The notes beneath the pieces were generated by a model that worked only from the letters and a program-made list of their open reading frames with translations, searched no databases and was not told the DNA's origin. The translations under genes were made by a program, and so were the position numbers. A stretch of DNA of 38,295 nucleotides from Saprospiraceae bacterium (GTDB lineage: Bacteria > Bacteroidota > Bacteroidia > Flavobacteriales_C > GCA-002722245), in contig JBLIAZ010000002.1 of the NCBI GenBank assembly GCA_047631875.1, forward strand, positions 1 through 38,295, in the 5' to 3' direction. Positions 18,080 through 27,773 of the stretch are shown piece by piece (position 1 is the stretch's first letter; the number at the start of each line of letters is the position of its first letter).

Positions 18080-21000
18080 ATGATAAAATCCATTTCAAAG
18101 GCGATTACCAAAATATTTGGTAGTAAATCAGACAAAGACATAAAAGTTATTTTACCCCTTGTTAAGAGTATAATTGCTGAGCAAGAAAAACTTAAGTCAT
18201 TGTCTCACGATGAGATAAGAGCGAAAACAGCGGAGTTTAAAAAATCCATTAAAGATCACATTGCGCTTGAGGAAGGCAAAATCGAAGAACTTACTAAAAA
18301 GGCTAACGATCCTGCTGTATTGGTGAAAGAAAAAACTGAGATTTTCAAAGAAATTGATGTCTTATCCACTGCGATAGAAATAAAAATTGAAGAGGCGCTG
18401 AACAACATATTGCCTCAAGCGTTTGCAACAATGAGAGAAACCTCTAGAAGGTTCAAGGACAACAAATCAATAGTTGTTACCGCAAGCGACAACGATAAAG
18501 AGTTGGCTACCACAAAAGATTACGTTGAAATCACTGATGCTAAAGCCGAATTTTCTACCACCTGGATAGCTGGAGGAAATGAAATTAACTGGGACATGGA
18601 GCAATACCAAGTGCAGTTAATTGGTGGTGCAGTACTTCACTCTGGTAAAATTGCGGAAATGGGAACAGGAGAAGGGAAAACCTTGGTTGCAACCTTACCT
18701 GTTTACTTGAATGCTCTTGCTGGGAAAGGAGTGCACTTAATTACAGTGAATAATTATTTGGCAAAAAGGGATTGTGAATGGATGGGTCCTTTGTTTGAAT
18801 TTCACGGATTAAGCATTGATTGTATCGACAATTACGAGCCTAATTCTGACGGAAGAAGAAAAGCATACAATTCCGATATCACTTACGGAACAAACAGTGA
18901 GTTTGGATTTGATTATTTGAGGGACAACATGGCAAACGATGTCAACTTATTGGTGCAAAGAAAGCATCATTATGCCATTGTCGATGAAGTTGATTCTGTG
19001 TTAATTGATGACGCTAGGACACCCTTAATTATCAGTGGTCCTTCATCCAGAAAACAAAATTTACAGTACGACGAACTTAAACCTTTTGTTCAAGAATTGG
19101 TTCAAGCTCAGAGGTCGATGGTGACAAAAACATTGTCTGAGGCCAAAAAATTATTGGCTGCCGAGGACAAAGAAAATGGAGGAATAGAATTATTGCGAGC
19201 TTTCAGGGGGTTGCCTAAAAACAAGCCTTTAATTAAGTTTTTAAGTGAGCAAGGGGTAAAACAATTGCTTCAAAAAACGGAAAATAACTACATGCAAGAG
19301 CAAGGGAAACACATGCACATCATTGACGATGAGCTTTTCTTTGTAATTGACGAAAAAACCAATGCCATTGAACTCCGAGAAAAGGGAGTTGCTTTAATTT
19401 CGAAGTCTATATCGGACAAAGACTTTTTTGTATTAGAGGACATCGGAGCTGTATTTGCCGAGCTTGAACAACAGGAGCTTCCTGTCAAAGAAGAGGCAAC
19501 AAAAAGGAATCAAATTACCCAAGCATATTCTATAAAAGTGGAAAGATTGCACACCATGCAACAACTGGTCAAAGCATTTACTTTGTTTGAAAAGGATGTG
19601 GATTACGTGGTTATGGACAGTGCTGTGAAAATTGTGGATGAGCAAACTGGTAGGGTTATGGATGGGCGACGATGGAGTGATGGATTACATCAGGCTGTGG
19701 AAGCGAAAGAGGGGGTGAAAGTAGAGGCGATTACTCAAACTTTTGCATCAGTAACACTTCAGAATTATTTCAGGATGTACCATAAGTTAAGTGGTATGAC
19801 AGGTACCGCAATGACAGAAGCGGCTGAACTTTGGGATATTTACAAATTGGATGTGGTTGAAATCCCGACCAACAAACCTATCATTAGGGATGACAGACAA
19901 GATAAAGTGTACAAAACACAGCGTGAAAAGTTTAATGCTGTCATCGAAGAAATAAACGAAGTAACCAAATTAGGAAGGCCAGCTTTAGTGGGAACAACAT
20001 CCGTTGAAATTTCAGAACTCCTAAGCAGGGCATTGAAAATGAGAGGAATCAAGCACAATGTCTTGAACGCAAAGCGACATGAGCAAGAAGCCAACATTGT
20101 AAAACAAGCAGGCCAAAAGGCGATGGTTACCATTGCCACAAACATGGCAGGAAGGGGAACAGATATTAAGTTGAGTGAAGAAATTAAAGCTGCTGGTGGA
20201 TTAGCAATTATTGCTACTGAAAGACACGAGTCACGTCGAGTTGACAGGCAGCTAAGGGGTAGAGCTGGTCGTCAAGGAGACCCAGGGTCATCACAGTTTT
20301 TCGTATCACTTGATGACAACTTGATGCGTTTATTTGGTTCGGAAAGAATTGCCAAATTAATGGATAGAATGGGACTAGAGGAGGGTGAAGTGATTCAACA
20401 TTCCATGATTTCTAAATCCATTGAAAGAGCACAAAAAAAGGTGGAGGAGAACAACTTTGGAATGAGAAAGCGTTTATTGGAATACGATGACGTAATGAAT
20501 GCTCAAAGAGAAGGGATTTATCAAAAAAGAAGAAATGCCTTATACGGTGACAGGTTAAGTATCGATATTTCAACTACATTGTTAAGTACCATCGAAGCAG
20601 TGATTTACAAGTATCATCCTTCCAAAGATTACGAAGGATTTAAAGACGAAATGGTCGTTTTATTCGGAATGAGCAGCCCATTGACAGAGGAGGATTTTAC
20701 AGGTAAATCGGATCAAGGAGTGTACGAAATTATCACTCCATTAATCATTAATAGATTCAAAGAAAAAAGAGCGAACCTTGCAAAAATTACTTTTCCAGCA
20801 ATTAAGGACGTGTACGAGAATAAAGGAAAAGAGTTTACCAATATGGCTATCCCAATGACTGACGGGGTAAAGGTTTTTGAGTTAAGCGTAAACATCAAAA
20901 AAGCATATGAAACAGAAGGAAAGGAAGTAGTTGATAGGTTTGAAAGAGCAATTACGCTCATGATAATTGACGAGCAATGGAAAGAGCATTTGCGTGAAAT

Positions 21001-21376
21001 GGATGATTTAAGAACAAACGTTCAAAATGCATCCATGGAGCAAAAAGATCCTTTGCAAGAATTCAAAAGGCACTCCTATATTATTTTCAAAGAGATGTTA
21101 GACAAGACTAACGCCGAAATTGTATCATTTTTAATGAAAGGTGGGGTTTACCAAAATCCTACTGAAGGAGGGCAGCAAGTCCCAAGAGTATTAGCTGAAA
21201 ACAGAGCTATATCTGGATCAGTGGAAGGTTCAGCCAACAGAGGAGAAGCTCTGGAACGAGAAAATAAACCAGTTAAAAAAACTCCTGTGGTAGCTGAAAC
21301 TAAAGTGGGTCGAAATGAACCATGCCCTTGCGGAAGTGGGAAAAAGTTCAAGGCGTGTCATGGGAAAAACGGGTAA
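18080..21376 (+). CDS. secA: Preprotein translocase ATPase SecA
   Basis: The ATG at 18080 gives MIKSISKAITKIFGSKSDKDIK, a typical SecA N-terminus. Also present: the Walker A context MGTGEGKT, DEVDS, TNMAGRGTDI, and the C-terminal zinc motif CPCGSGKKFKACHG. The track start at 17987 is a TTG inside the promoter region. Confidence 0.97.
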   Translation: MIKSISKAITKIFGSKSDKDIKVILPLVKSIIAEQEKLKSLSHDEIRAKTAEFKKSIKDHIALEEGKIEELTKKANDPAVLVKEKTEIFKEIDVLSTAIEIKIEEALNNILPQAFATMRETSRRFKDNKSIVVTASDNDKELATTKDYVEITDAKAEFSTTWIAGGNEINWDMEQYQVQLIGGAVLHSGKIAEMGTGEGKTLVATLPVYLNALAGKGVHLITVNNYLAKRDCEWMGPLFEFHGLSIDCIDNYEPNSDGRRKAYNSDITYGTNSEFGFDYLRDNMANDVNLLVQRKHHYAIVDEVDSVLIDDARTPLIISGPSSRKQNLQYDELKPFVQELVQAQRSMVTKTLSEAKKLLAAEDKENGGIELLRAFRGLPKNKPLIKFLSEQGVKQLLQKTENNYMQEQGKHMHIIDDELFFVIDEKTNAIELREKGVALISKSISDKDFFVLEDIGAVFAELEQQELPVKEEATKRNQITQAYSIKVERLHTMQQLVKAFTLFEKDVDYVVMDSAVKIVDEQTGRVMDGRRWSDGLHQAVEAKEGVKVEAITQTFASVTLQNYFRMYHKLSGMTGTAMTEAAELWDIYKLDVVEIPTNKPIIRDDRQDKVYKTQREKFNAVIEEINEVTKLGRPALVGTTSVEISELLSRALKMRGIKHNVLNAKRHEQEANIVKQAGQKAMVTIATNMAGRGTDIKLSEEIKAAGGLAIIATERHESRRVDRQLRGRAGRQGDPGSSQFFVSLDDNLMRLFGSERIAKLMDRMGLEEGEVIQHSMISKSIERAQKKVEENNFGMRKRLLEYDDVMNAQREGIYQKRRNALYGDRLSIDISTTLLSTIEAVIYKYHPSKDYEGFKDEMVVLFGMSSPLTEEDFTGKSDQGVYEIITPLIINRFKEKRANLAKITFPAIKDVYENKGKEFTNMAIPMTDGVKVFELSVNIKKAYETEGKEVVDRFERAITLMIIDEQWKEHLREMDDLRTNVQNASMEQKDPLQEFKRHSYIIFKEMLDKTNAEIVSFLMKGGVYQNPTEGGQQVPRVLAENRAISGSVEGSANRGEALERENKPVKKTPVVAETKVGRNEPCPCGSGKKFKACHGKNG

Positions 21377-21459
21377 AAGAATAGTTATTAGAACTTAGTT
21401 GTTAGCTAATAAGAAAACTAAAATACATCTCAAACCTTGTATAAACCCATCAACCTTAT

Positions 21460-21467
21460 TACTTTTG
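21460..21467 (+). promoter_or_regulatory. -7 box TACTTTTG upstream of the ferredoxin gene
   Basis: Matches TAnnTTTG. It ends 29 nt before the ATG at 21497. Confidence 0.35.
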
Positions 21468-21496
21468 TGACAATTATTACTTAAAAGAAATTTACA

Positions 21497-21844
21497 ATGG
21501 CAATTATAATAACAGACGAATGCATTAACTGCGGAGCATGTGAACCAGAATGTCCAAACAATGCAATATATGAAGGAGGAGTTGAATGGAGGTTAGCAGA
21601 CGGAACTTCTCTTACAGGTGATCAAAAAACACCAATGGGTAATTCGTATGATGCCGAAGCAGAGCAAGAGCCTGTCGACATGGATGTATATTACATTGTA
21701 CCTGATAAATGCACAGAGTGTGTTGGATTTCACGATGAGCCACAATGCGCGGCAGTTTGTCCAGTAGATTGCTGTGTTGATGATGAAGACCACAGAGAGT
21801 CTGATGACTTTTTGAAGTCCAAAAAAGAATTCATGCACTTATAA
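21497..21844 (+). CDS. 2[4Fe-4S] dicluster ferredoxin
   Basis: 115 aa. Cluster motifs [12 protein letters not shown] and [18 protein letters not shown], separated by a ~35-aa insert. Confidence 0.88.
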   Translation: MAIIITDECINCGACEPECPNNAIYEGGVEWRLADGTSLTGDQKTPMGNSYDAEAEQEPVDMDVYYIVPDKCTECVGFHDEPQCAAVCPVDCCVDDEDHRESDDFLKSKKEFMHL

Positions 21845-21901
21845 TGAGGATCTAATTCTCATTTGATTACTTGAAAAAGTATTAAACATAATAGTTGTTA
21901 C

Positions 21902-21932
21902 AAAAAGAGCTGATATCCATCAGCTTTTTTTT
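21902..21932 (+). terminator. Rho-independent terminator after the ferredoxin gene
   Basis: AGCTGAT (21908-21914) pairs with ATCAGCT (21919-21925) across a 4-nt loop. It is flanked by an A-run and a T-run of 8. Confidence 0.75.
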
Positions 21933-21937
21933 ATTCA

Positions 21938-21975
21938 TGACAATTTCGTGACAATCCATTGACATAAGATTGAGA
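21938..21975. promoter_or_regulatory. Four TGA(C/G)A boxes at an exact 11-bp period upstream of hemA
   Basis: TGACA at 21938, 21949 and 21960, and TGAGA at 21971. The last box starts 33 nt upstream of the hemA TTG start. Confidence 0.4.
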
Positions 21976-22003
21976 TTTTTGAGGTAGCCAAACTGATCAC
22001 CTT

Positions 22004-23227
22004 TTGAAAACATTTAAAATCATATCTTTCACCCATAAAACCACTGATCTGGTGAACATGGGGAAGTTGCACATTGAGGCGGCTAAGCGAAAGGAAAGGT
22101 TATCCCTGTTTTTGGACATTGGTATTTCAGAAATACAATATTTATCCACTTGTAACAGAGTGGAACTAATGATAGTGGATGATGTACCATTCAACGAATC
22201 AAGACTATCAGAAGTGTTTTCGACATTAAATCCCCAGTGGAATGATACTGAAATAAGATGGGCTCTTGATAATAGTGCTGCTTACATTGGATTAGATGCG
22301 ATTATGCATTTGTTTAGAACGGCGTCTTCTTTGGATTCTTTAGTGATTGGCGAACGAGAAATAATTACACAAGTAAGGAAATCTTATGATGAATGTCATA
22401 AGTGGGGTTTAACTGGTGACTACCTACGGTTAATCATGAGTAAAACCATTGAATGTGCTAAGGAAGTTTATACGCATACCAACATAGCTAAAAATCCAGT
22501 TTCAATTGTTTCCCTAGCCTACAGAACTCTGCGAGATTTAAATTTAAAAAACGATTCTCGCGTCTTGGTAGTAGGAGCAGGTGAAACGAATACTACCATG
22601 TGTAAATTTTTATTTAAGCATGGATTTAAAAACTTTACCGTAATAAACAGGACATTAAGTAAAGCTCAATCGTTAGCTGATCAAGTAAAAGGAAAAGCTT
22701 TAGCATTAAGTGATTTGCATACCCATAAGGACGGATTTGATTTGCTCGTGACTTGCACAGGAAGTGAGGACCCAATATTTACGAAATCTGTTTACGATAA
22801 ATTACTAATTGGTGAAACCACTAAAAAAACTATTGTGGATATAGCTGTACCTACGGATGTAGATGCGTCAATTGTGACCGAATATGCTGTCAATTACATT
22901 GAAATAAATCAATTAAAAGGTATCTCCAATAAAAACCTTGAAGCTAGAAAACAAGAAATAAGTAAATGTGAATCATACATTTCAAATAAGCTTGAAGAAT
23001 TTAAACAACACTACAAGGAAAGAAAAGTTGAAATTGCCATGAAAAGGGTGCCGCAACAAATAAAAGAAATAAGAACCCTTGCAGTTTCAGAAGTGTTTTC
23101 AAAAGAACTCGAAACCCTTGACGAATCAAGCAGAAAGGTTCTTGACGACATGTTGGCCTACATGGAAAAGAAATACATCTCTGTTCCAATGAAGATGGCA
23201 AAAGAAATTTTGTTGAAAAATTCTTAA
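22004..23227 (+). CDS. hemA: Glutamyl-tRNA reductase
   Basis: 407 aa. Catalytic-Cys motif STCNRVE and an NADPH-binding motif VVGAGETN. The conserved N-terminus (FKIISFTHKTT) requires the TTG start at 22004. Confidence 0.9.
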   Translation: MKTFKIISFTHKTTDLVNMGKLHIEAAKRKERLSLFLDIGISEIQYLSTCNRVELMIVDDVPFNESRLSEVFSTLNPQWNDTEIRWALDNSAAYIGLDAIMHLFRTASSLDSLVIGEREIITQVRKSYDECHKWGLTGDYLRLIMSKTIECAKEVYTHTNIAKNPVSIVSLAYRTLRDLNLKNDSRVLVVGAGETNTTMCKFLFKHGFKNFTVINRTLSKAQSLADQVKGKALALSDLHTHKDGFDLLVTCTGSEDPIFTKSVYDKLLIGETTKKTIVDIAVPTDVDASIVTEYAVNYIEINQLKGISNKNLEARKQEISKCESYISNKLEEFKQHYKERKVEIAMKRVPQQIKEIRTLAVSEVFSKELETLDESSRKVLDDMLAYMEKKYISVPMKMAKEILLKNS

Positions 23228-23306
23228 TTTTATTGCTTTTTATCAAGCCCTAATCAGCTGATTATATAGTACATTCGTGGTCTGAGTACAATTAAAAAAC
23301 ACCCAG

Positions 23307-24449
23307 TTGAGCGACAGCGACAGCATTAAATTAGAAGAAGTAATCCATGACATGCTGTATAAGTATGATTGTGTTGTTATTCCTGGATTTGGAGGTTTTG
23401 TATCGCAGTACCTTGGGGCTCAAATATTGACTGACAAGAATTTAATTCTCCCTCCTAGTAAAAGTTTAATATTTAACGCGCTACTCAAAAAAAATGATGG
23501 CCTTGTTGCTCAGGAAATCGTACTTAAATATAAAATAACATACCAAGAGGCGCTTAACGTCATAGAGCTGCAAGTAGACCAGTGGCTCATCGTATTGTCA
23601 TCCTCAAAAAGAATAACAATTTCAGGCGTTGGTTCGTTAATGAGCAACAAAAAAGGTGCTATAATTTTTACACAAAATTTAAAAACCAATTTTTTAAATG
23701 ATGCTTATGGTCTTGCTGTCATTAAAGCTCAAGTCCTTAAAAAAGAAGGGATCTCAGGGAAAATAAAAGAAGAATTTGTACAACGTCAAGCTTCGCCTTC
23801 CTTTAATAAAAACGTTAAAAAAATTGTATCAGGAGGAGCTTTGGCAGCAGCGATATTAGTGATGTTTGTTTGGAGCTACATTAACATTGATGTAGTCCAG
23901 CGTCAAGCTGAATCGTTAGGCTTGTTTTTTACCACAGCTGAAGATGTGATTCCTACACCCATTGAGGACAGTGCAATCAACGAGGGAATTATTGATGCTC
24001 CAATTTTAATTACCAACAAAACTACTGATAGTTCGAATCTACACGATTCCATCATAGAAACTAGTTCAGTACTTACTGAGGATATTTATGTCACCGATTT
24101 ACCTGATGATGAAATACTTGGGGTGCGCGAAATCAATACAAACCAGGAGAAGGAAGAAGCTAAAATTGACAATACCGAAGTCCATTCAGAAACAACAGAG
24201 GCTTTAGGTCATGATGCATACCAAGGTAAATACGTTGTAGTAGCAGGATGTTTTAGGTCTTTGCACAACGCTACTAATTTTGTGAATAACCTTAAGTCGC
24301 TTGGGTATGAAGCTCATTTATCTGGTAAATCAGAAAAAGGTTTACACATGGTCGCTTACGGATCGTATAACAACAGGTCAGATGCTTTAAAATCGATGCG
24401 CTGGATACAATCAACTCACAATGCACAAGCGTGGATGACTACGAGATAA
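23307..24449 (+). CDS. HU-like (HU-CCDC81-type) domain - TM - SPOR domain protein
   Basis: 380 aa with a TTG start. N-terminal motif DCVVIPGFGGFV, a second HU-like segment ITISGVGSL, a TM helix GGALAAAILVMFVWSYI, an acidic linker, and a C-terminal SPOR-like segment YVVVAGCFRSLHNATNFVNNLKSLGYEA. Confidence 0.75.
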   Translation: MSDSDSIKLEEVIHDMLYKYDCVVIPGFGGFVSQYLGAQILTDKNLILPPSKSLIFNALLKKNDGLVAQEIVLKYKITYQEALNVIELQVDQWLIVLSSSKRITISGVGSLMSNKKGAIIFTQNLKTNFLNDAYGLAVIKAQVLKKEGISGKIKEEFVQRQASPSFNKNVKKIVSGGALAAAILVMFVWSYINIDVVQRQAESLGLFFTTAEDVIPTPIEDSAINEGIIDAPILITNKTTDSSNLHDSIIETSSVLTEDIYVTDLPDDEILGVREINTNQEKEEAKIDNTEVHSETTEALGHDAYQGKYVVVAGCFRSLHNATNFVNNLKSLGYEAHLSGKSEKGLHMVAYGSYNNRSDALKSMRWIQSTHNAQAWMTTR

Positions 24450-24494
24450 GAAACTTTGTGTTTTCATTCAAAAGCTTGAGCTTTTCATGCAATG

Positions 24495-24508
24495 ATTTCA
24501 CGTGAAAT
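24495..24508. promoter_or_regulatory. Perfect 14-bp palindrome ATTTCACGTGAAAT upstream of the PpiD-like gene
   Basis: The sequence is its own reverse complement. It ends 33 nt before the ATG at 24542 and sits just upstream of a near-consensus -7 box, TATCTTCG (24512-24519). Confidence 0.35.
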
Positions 24509-24541
24509 AAGTATCTTCGTGACCTTAAAAATTAGATAAAA

Positions 24542-26740
24542 ATGGCAGTTTTTCAAAAAATTAGAGACAATTCCTTACTTAGTTTAATCGTGATTGGCGG
24601 TGGCTTATTTTTGTTCATTATCGGTGATTCACTCTCAAGTTCAGCACCGAGTATTACTGACAGTGTTGGAAGCTTTGAAGGTCAAGACATTTCGCAAGGA
24701 GAATTTGATAATTATTATTCAACTATTCTTTATTTGAATGGAAAGCGAAACACAAAATCGTCATTGACAGACCAAGAAAAGCAGCAGTTTTCTAATCAGA
24801 CATGGAGTCAGTTATTGATGAAAAAAATATTCGAAAGCGAAGCTGATAAGAATGGGATTAACATAACAGACAGTGAAATAGATGAAATGTTGGCTGGGGA
24901 AAACCCTTCTCAATTTTTTGTAGGTAGGCTGTTTGGTGGAGCACAAAATTACCAAAGCATTCGTCAAGAATTAAGCGACGATGTCGAAAACTACTCTAAG
25001 TTTGCCCAAGTTAGATCTTACGAAGAGGCAGAACTTATTAAAAACTTCGGAATCTCTTTAAGAAAACAAGAGAAGCTGATGAGTTTAGTTAAAAACTCTT
25101 TTTTCACTACATCTAGTGAATCCCTTGATTTATACAATGGGAAATACGCTAAAAAAAGTGTGACCATTGGAACAATTCCTTACTATTTAGTTTCAGACTC
25201 ACTAGTAGAGGTGAGTGAGCAAGAAATCAAAGAATTTTACAACAAAAACAAAGGGAAATACAAGTTATTGCAACCAAGTAAAAAAGTCATTTACGCAGCT
25301 TACCGTATTGACCCATCTGTAGATGACGACCAATATGTCTTGACTTGGGCAAAAGAAACAGTAAAACTATTTGCTGAAGAGGAAAATGATGAACTATTTG
25401 TGAGAACTGAAAGTGAAACTCCTTTTGATAATGCTTATTACAAAAAAGGAGGAGGATTAGCTCTTGAATTAGACAACAAGCTTTTTGAGCAAGAAAAAGG
25501 TTTTGTTTATGGACCATATTCTGGGTACAGTGATGGTAACAAAACTTATAGTGTCGCAAAAATAATTGACGTCCAACACATGCCTGATTCAGCAAAAGTA
25601 TCTCAAGTGTTATTGACTCCCGAAAAAAGGATAGAAGCGTTGTTAAAAAATAACCCTAAGCCAGAACAAGAAGAAGTACAAACGATGTGGGCATCTTTTG
25701 ATACCTACGTAGACAGTGTGTACAATGAGCTGACCTCTGGAAGTAATTTTACAAGTACTGCTGCAGCAGTATCTGTTGATTCAGCTAGTGCTGAAAAAGG
25801 CGGAGATTTAGGTTGGATTCAAGATAAGTCGCCATTGTACGCTCCACAATTTTTAGACTCTGTTTTCATGGAGTCGGAATCAAGTAGCAGCGTTAAAAAA
25901 ATAAAAATCGTTACTCAAAATGGAGGGTATTACTACTATCAGTTGGTGAAAGTAGACAAGATGGGCGAAAAGTCTAAAAAACTAAAAATTGGAATTGTAT
26001 CAAAATCTGTTTTACCAAGAAACAAAACAAGGGATGGGTATTTTAATAAAATAAACCAAGTGGCTATTGCCTTGAATGATGGGAAAAACTTAATTGAATT
26101 ACGTGACAGTTTTAAGTTCACCATTGACTCAGTAAAATTGGAGCCTCAACAATACTTAGTAAATGACTTGAAGGGGGCTAGGTCATTAGTTCATTGGGCT
26201 TTCAATACTGCCGAAGGCAACCAGTGTAAAGTTTTTGATTTTGACAGAAAATACGTTGTGGCTAAAGTAGTTGATGAAACAAACAGAGGATACCAAAGTT
26301 TAGGTGATGAAGAAGTAAAAAACGAAATCAGGGAAAAAGTCATGAAAATTAAAAAGGCAGCTTACATTGCTGAAAAACTTGGAGATGTGACTGATGCAAC
26401 ATTAACTGATTTGGCAAGCTTATTTAACGGTTCATCTGTTGAGACAATCGAAAATGTGTTAACAGGCGTAGGTGTTCCAAAACTAAGTTACGAGAGCAGC
26501 TTAACTGGCGTCATTTATTCGCTTGAGTCAGGAAGTGTTTCCACATTAGTAGTGGGCTTAGATGCTGCTTACATTGTAAAATCAAACTCGGAAGTACCCG
26601 CAATTGTAACCGAAGAAACAAACTTTGATTTAGAATCAAATCAGTTGAACCAACAAAACAGGAGTAAAACAGAATTCGTTCTTCAGGAATTGATTTCTGA
26701 TAAGGCTGATGTGGAGGATAGCAGAAGTAGCCTTCAGTAG
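24542..26740 (+). CDS. Periplasmic chaperone / peptidyl-prolyl isomerase (PpiD/SurA-like, membrane anchored)
   Basis: 732 aa. N-terminal motif FQKIRDNSLLSLIVIGG plus a TM anchor, and a parvulin-like segment AEKGGDLGWI. Confidence 0.8.
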   Translation: MAVFQKIRDNSLLSLIVIGGGLFLFIIGDSLSSSAPSITDSVGSFEGQDISQGEFDNYYSTILYLNGKRNTKSSLTDQEKQQFSNQTWSQLLMKKIFESEADKNGINITDSEIDEMLAGENPSQFFVGRLFGGAQNYQSIRQELSDDVENYSKFAQVRSYEEAELIKNFGISLRKQEKLMSLVKNSFFTTSSESLDLYNGKYAKKSVTIGTIPYYLVSDSLVEVSEQEIKEFYNKNKGKYKLLQPSKKVIYAAYRIDPSVDDDQYVLTWAKETVKLFAEEENDELFVRTESETPFDNAYYKKGGGLALELDNKLFEQEKGFVYGPYSGYSDGNKTYSVAKIIDVQHMPDSAKVSQVLLTPEKRIEALLKNNPKPEQEEVQTMWASFDTYVDSVYNELTSGSNFTSTAAAVSVDSASAEKGGDLGWIQDKSPLYAPQFLDSVFMESESSSSVKKIKIVTQNGGYYYYQLVKVDKMGEKSKKLKIGIVSKSVLPRNKTRDGYFNKINQVAIALNDGKNLIELRDSFKFTIDSVKLEPQQYLVNDLKGARSLVHWAFNTAEGNQCKVFDFDRKYVVAKVVDETNRGYQSLGDEEVKNEIREKVMKIKKAAYIAEKLGDVTDATLTDLASLFNGSSVETIENVLTGVGVPKLSYESSLTGVIYSLESGSVSTLVVGLDAAYIVKSNSEVPAIVTEETNFDLESNQLNQQNRSKTEFVLQELISDKADVEDSRSSLQ

Positions 26741-26765
26741 TTTATTCAGTTAATATAATTTGTAC

Positions 26766-26797
26766 AAAATCCTGGACAAATCGTTCAGGATTTTTTT
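26766..26797. terminator. Bidirectional terminator between the convergent PpiD-like and WD40 genes
   Basis: ATCCTGGA (26769-26776) pairs with TTCAGGAT (26784-26791) with one G-U pair. It is flanked by an A-run and TTTTTTT. Confidence 0.7.
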
Positions 26798-27674
26798 ATA
26801 AAGACCAAATACAAATGGCTTTATCATCACCTACACTGACTATCAATTGATGCTTAGCAATGTACTCCATACTGTTTACTGAATGAGTATGAGATTTAAC
26901 TTGAGGAAACCCGTGCCTTTTTATAAGGTTCATGGTCGTCAAATCCCACTCCTTAATGGTTTTGTCTCTTGAGCAAGTGATTAAAATGTTTTCTATCACA
27001 AGTACCTTATAAATTGCCCAGTTGTGAGCAGGTATTTTTAGCACCACTTTGTTCAACGAGGTACTGTACATCGTCAAATGAGCGTCTTTTCCACCCAGTA
27101 AAATGGCGTTTTTTTGAGGGATTAAAGACAAACTGTTGATTCCTTCCTCACTGATATTGTAGCTGTCAACTAAACTCATGTCCACCACATCAAGAACGTA
27201 TAGTACACCTTCTGTGGTCCCAACATATACCAAATTATCTACCATTGTAATGGCTCTAATTTTGGAATCACTTATTTTTTTTGACAGCAACAGGTCATAG
27301 TTTTTACAATCCCAAATAGACAAGTTGCCGTCACCACTTCCAATGATTAAGTAATTTGTTTTACGATTATATAAAGAGGCATAAACTCCCTTTTTATGGT
27401 AAGTAATGTATTTGATTTCCTTTTTAGTTTCTAAATCAATGACATGGACATCGCCATTGAATAGCCCAATAAAAAGTTGGGTTTCATTCACGATTGTTAA
27501 ATTCAAAATAGTTGAACTTGTTTTAATCGAAAAATCGGTATTTTCAAAAGTGATGGGATCCCACGAAGCAACTATATTGTCGGCTCCTCCTGTAAAAATT
27601 AAATCTAATTTACTGGTGTAGCAAACCGCGTATAATGGGCCTGCATGTTGTAATATTTTTTTTCTAAGTTCCAA
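26796..27674 (-). CDS. WD40-repeat beta-propeller protein (cytoplasmic, no signal peptide)
   Basis: 292 aa. Repeated blade endings are visible (ASWD, SIWD, KEWD, CIWS). It starts at a TTG. Confidence 0.75.
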   Translation of the reverse strand: MELRKKILQHAGPLYAVCYTSKLDLIFTGGADNIVASWDPITFENTDFSIKTSSTILNLTIVNETQLFIGLFNGDVHVIDLETKKEIKYITYHKKGVYASLYNRKTNYLIIGSGDGNLSIWDCKNYDLLLSKKISDSKIRAITMVDNLVYVGTTEGVLYVLDVVDMSLVDSYNISEEGINSLSLIPQKNAILLGGKDAHLTMYSTSLNKVVLKIPAHNWAIYKVLVIENILITCSRDKTIKEWDLTTMNLIKRHGFPQVKSHTHSVNSMEYIAKHQLIVSVGDDKAICIWSL

Positions 27675-27699
27675 TTGTTGATGCTACTGATGTTGACTA

Positions 27700-27707
27700 C
27701 AAAGATA
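27700..27707 (-). promoter_or_regulatory. -7 box TATCTTTG (minus strand) upstream of the WD40 gene
   Basis: Plus-strand CAAAGATA at 27700-27707. On the minus strand the box ends 25 nt before the start codon at 27674. Confidence 0.35.
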
Positions 27708-27773
27708 CTAAGAATCGGGCTCAGGTTGATGGGTTAAAATGTTATCTTTACCTTGTTTTTTTAAACAAACCAA

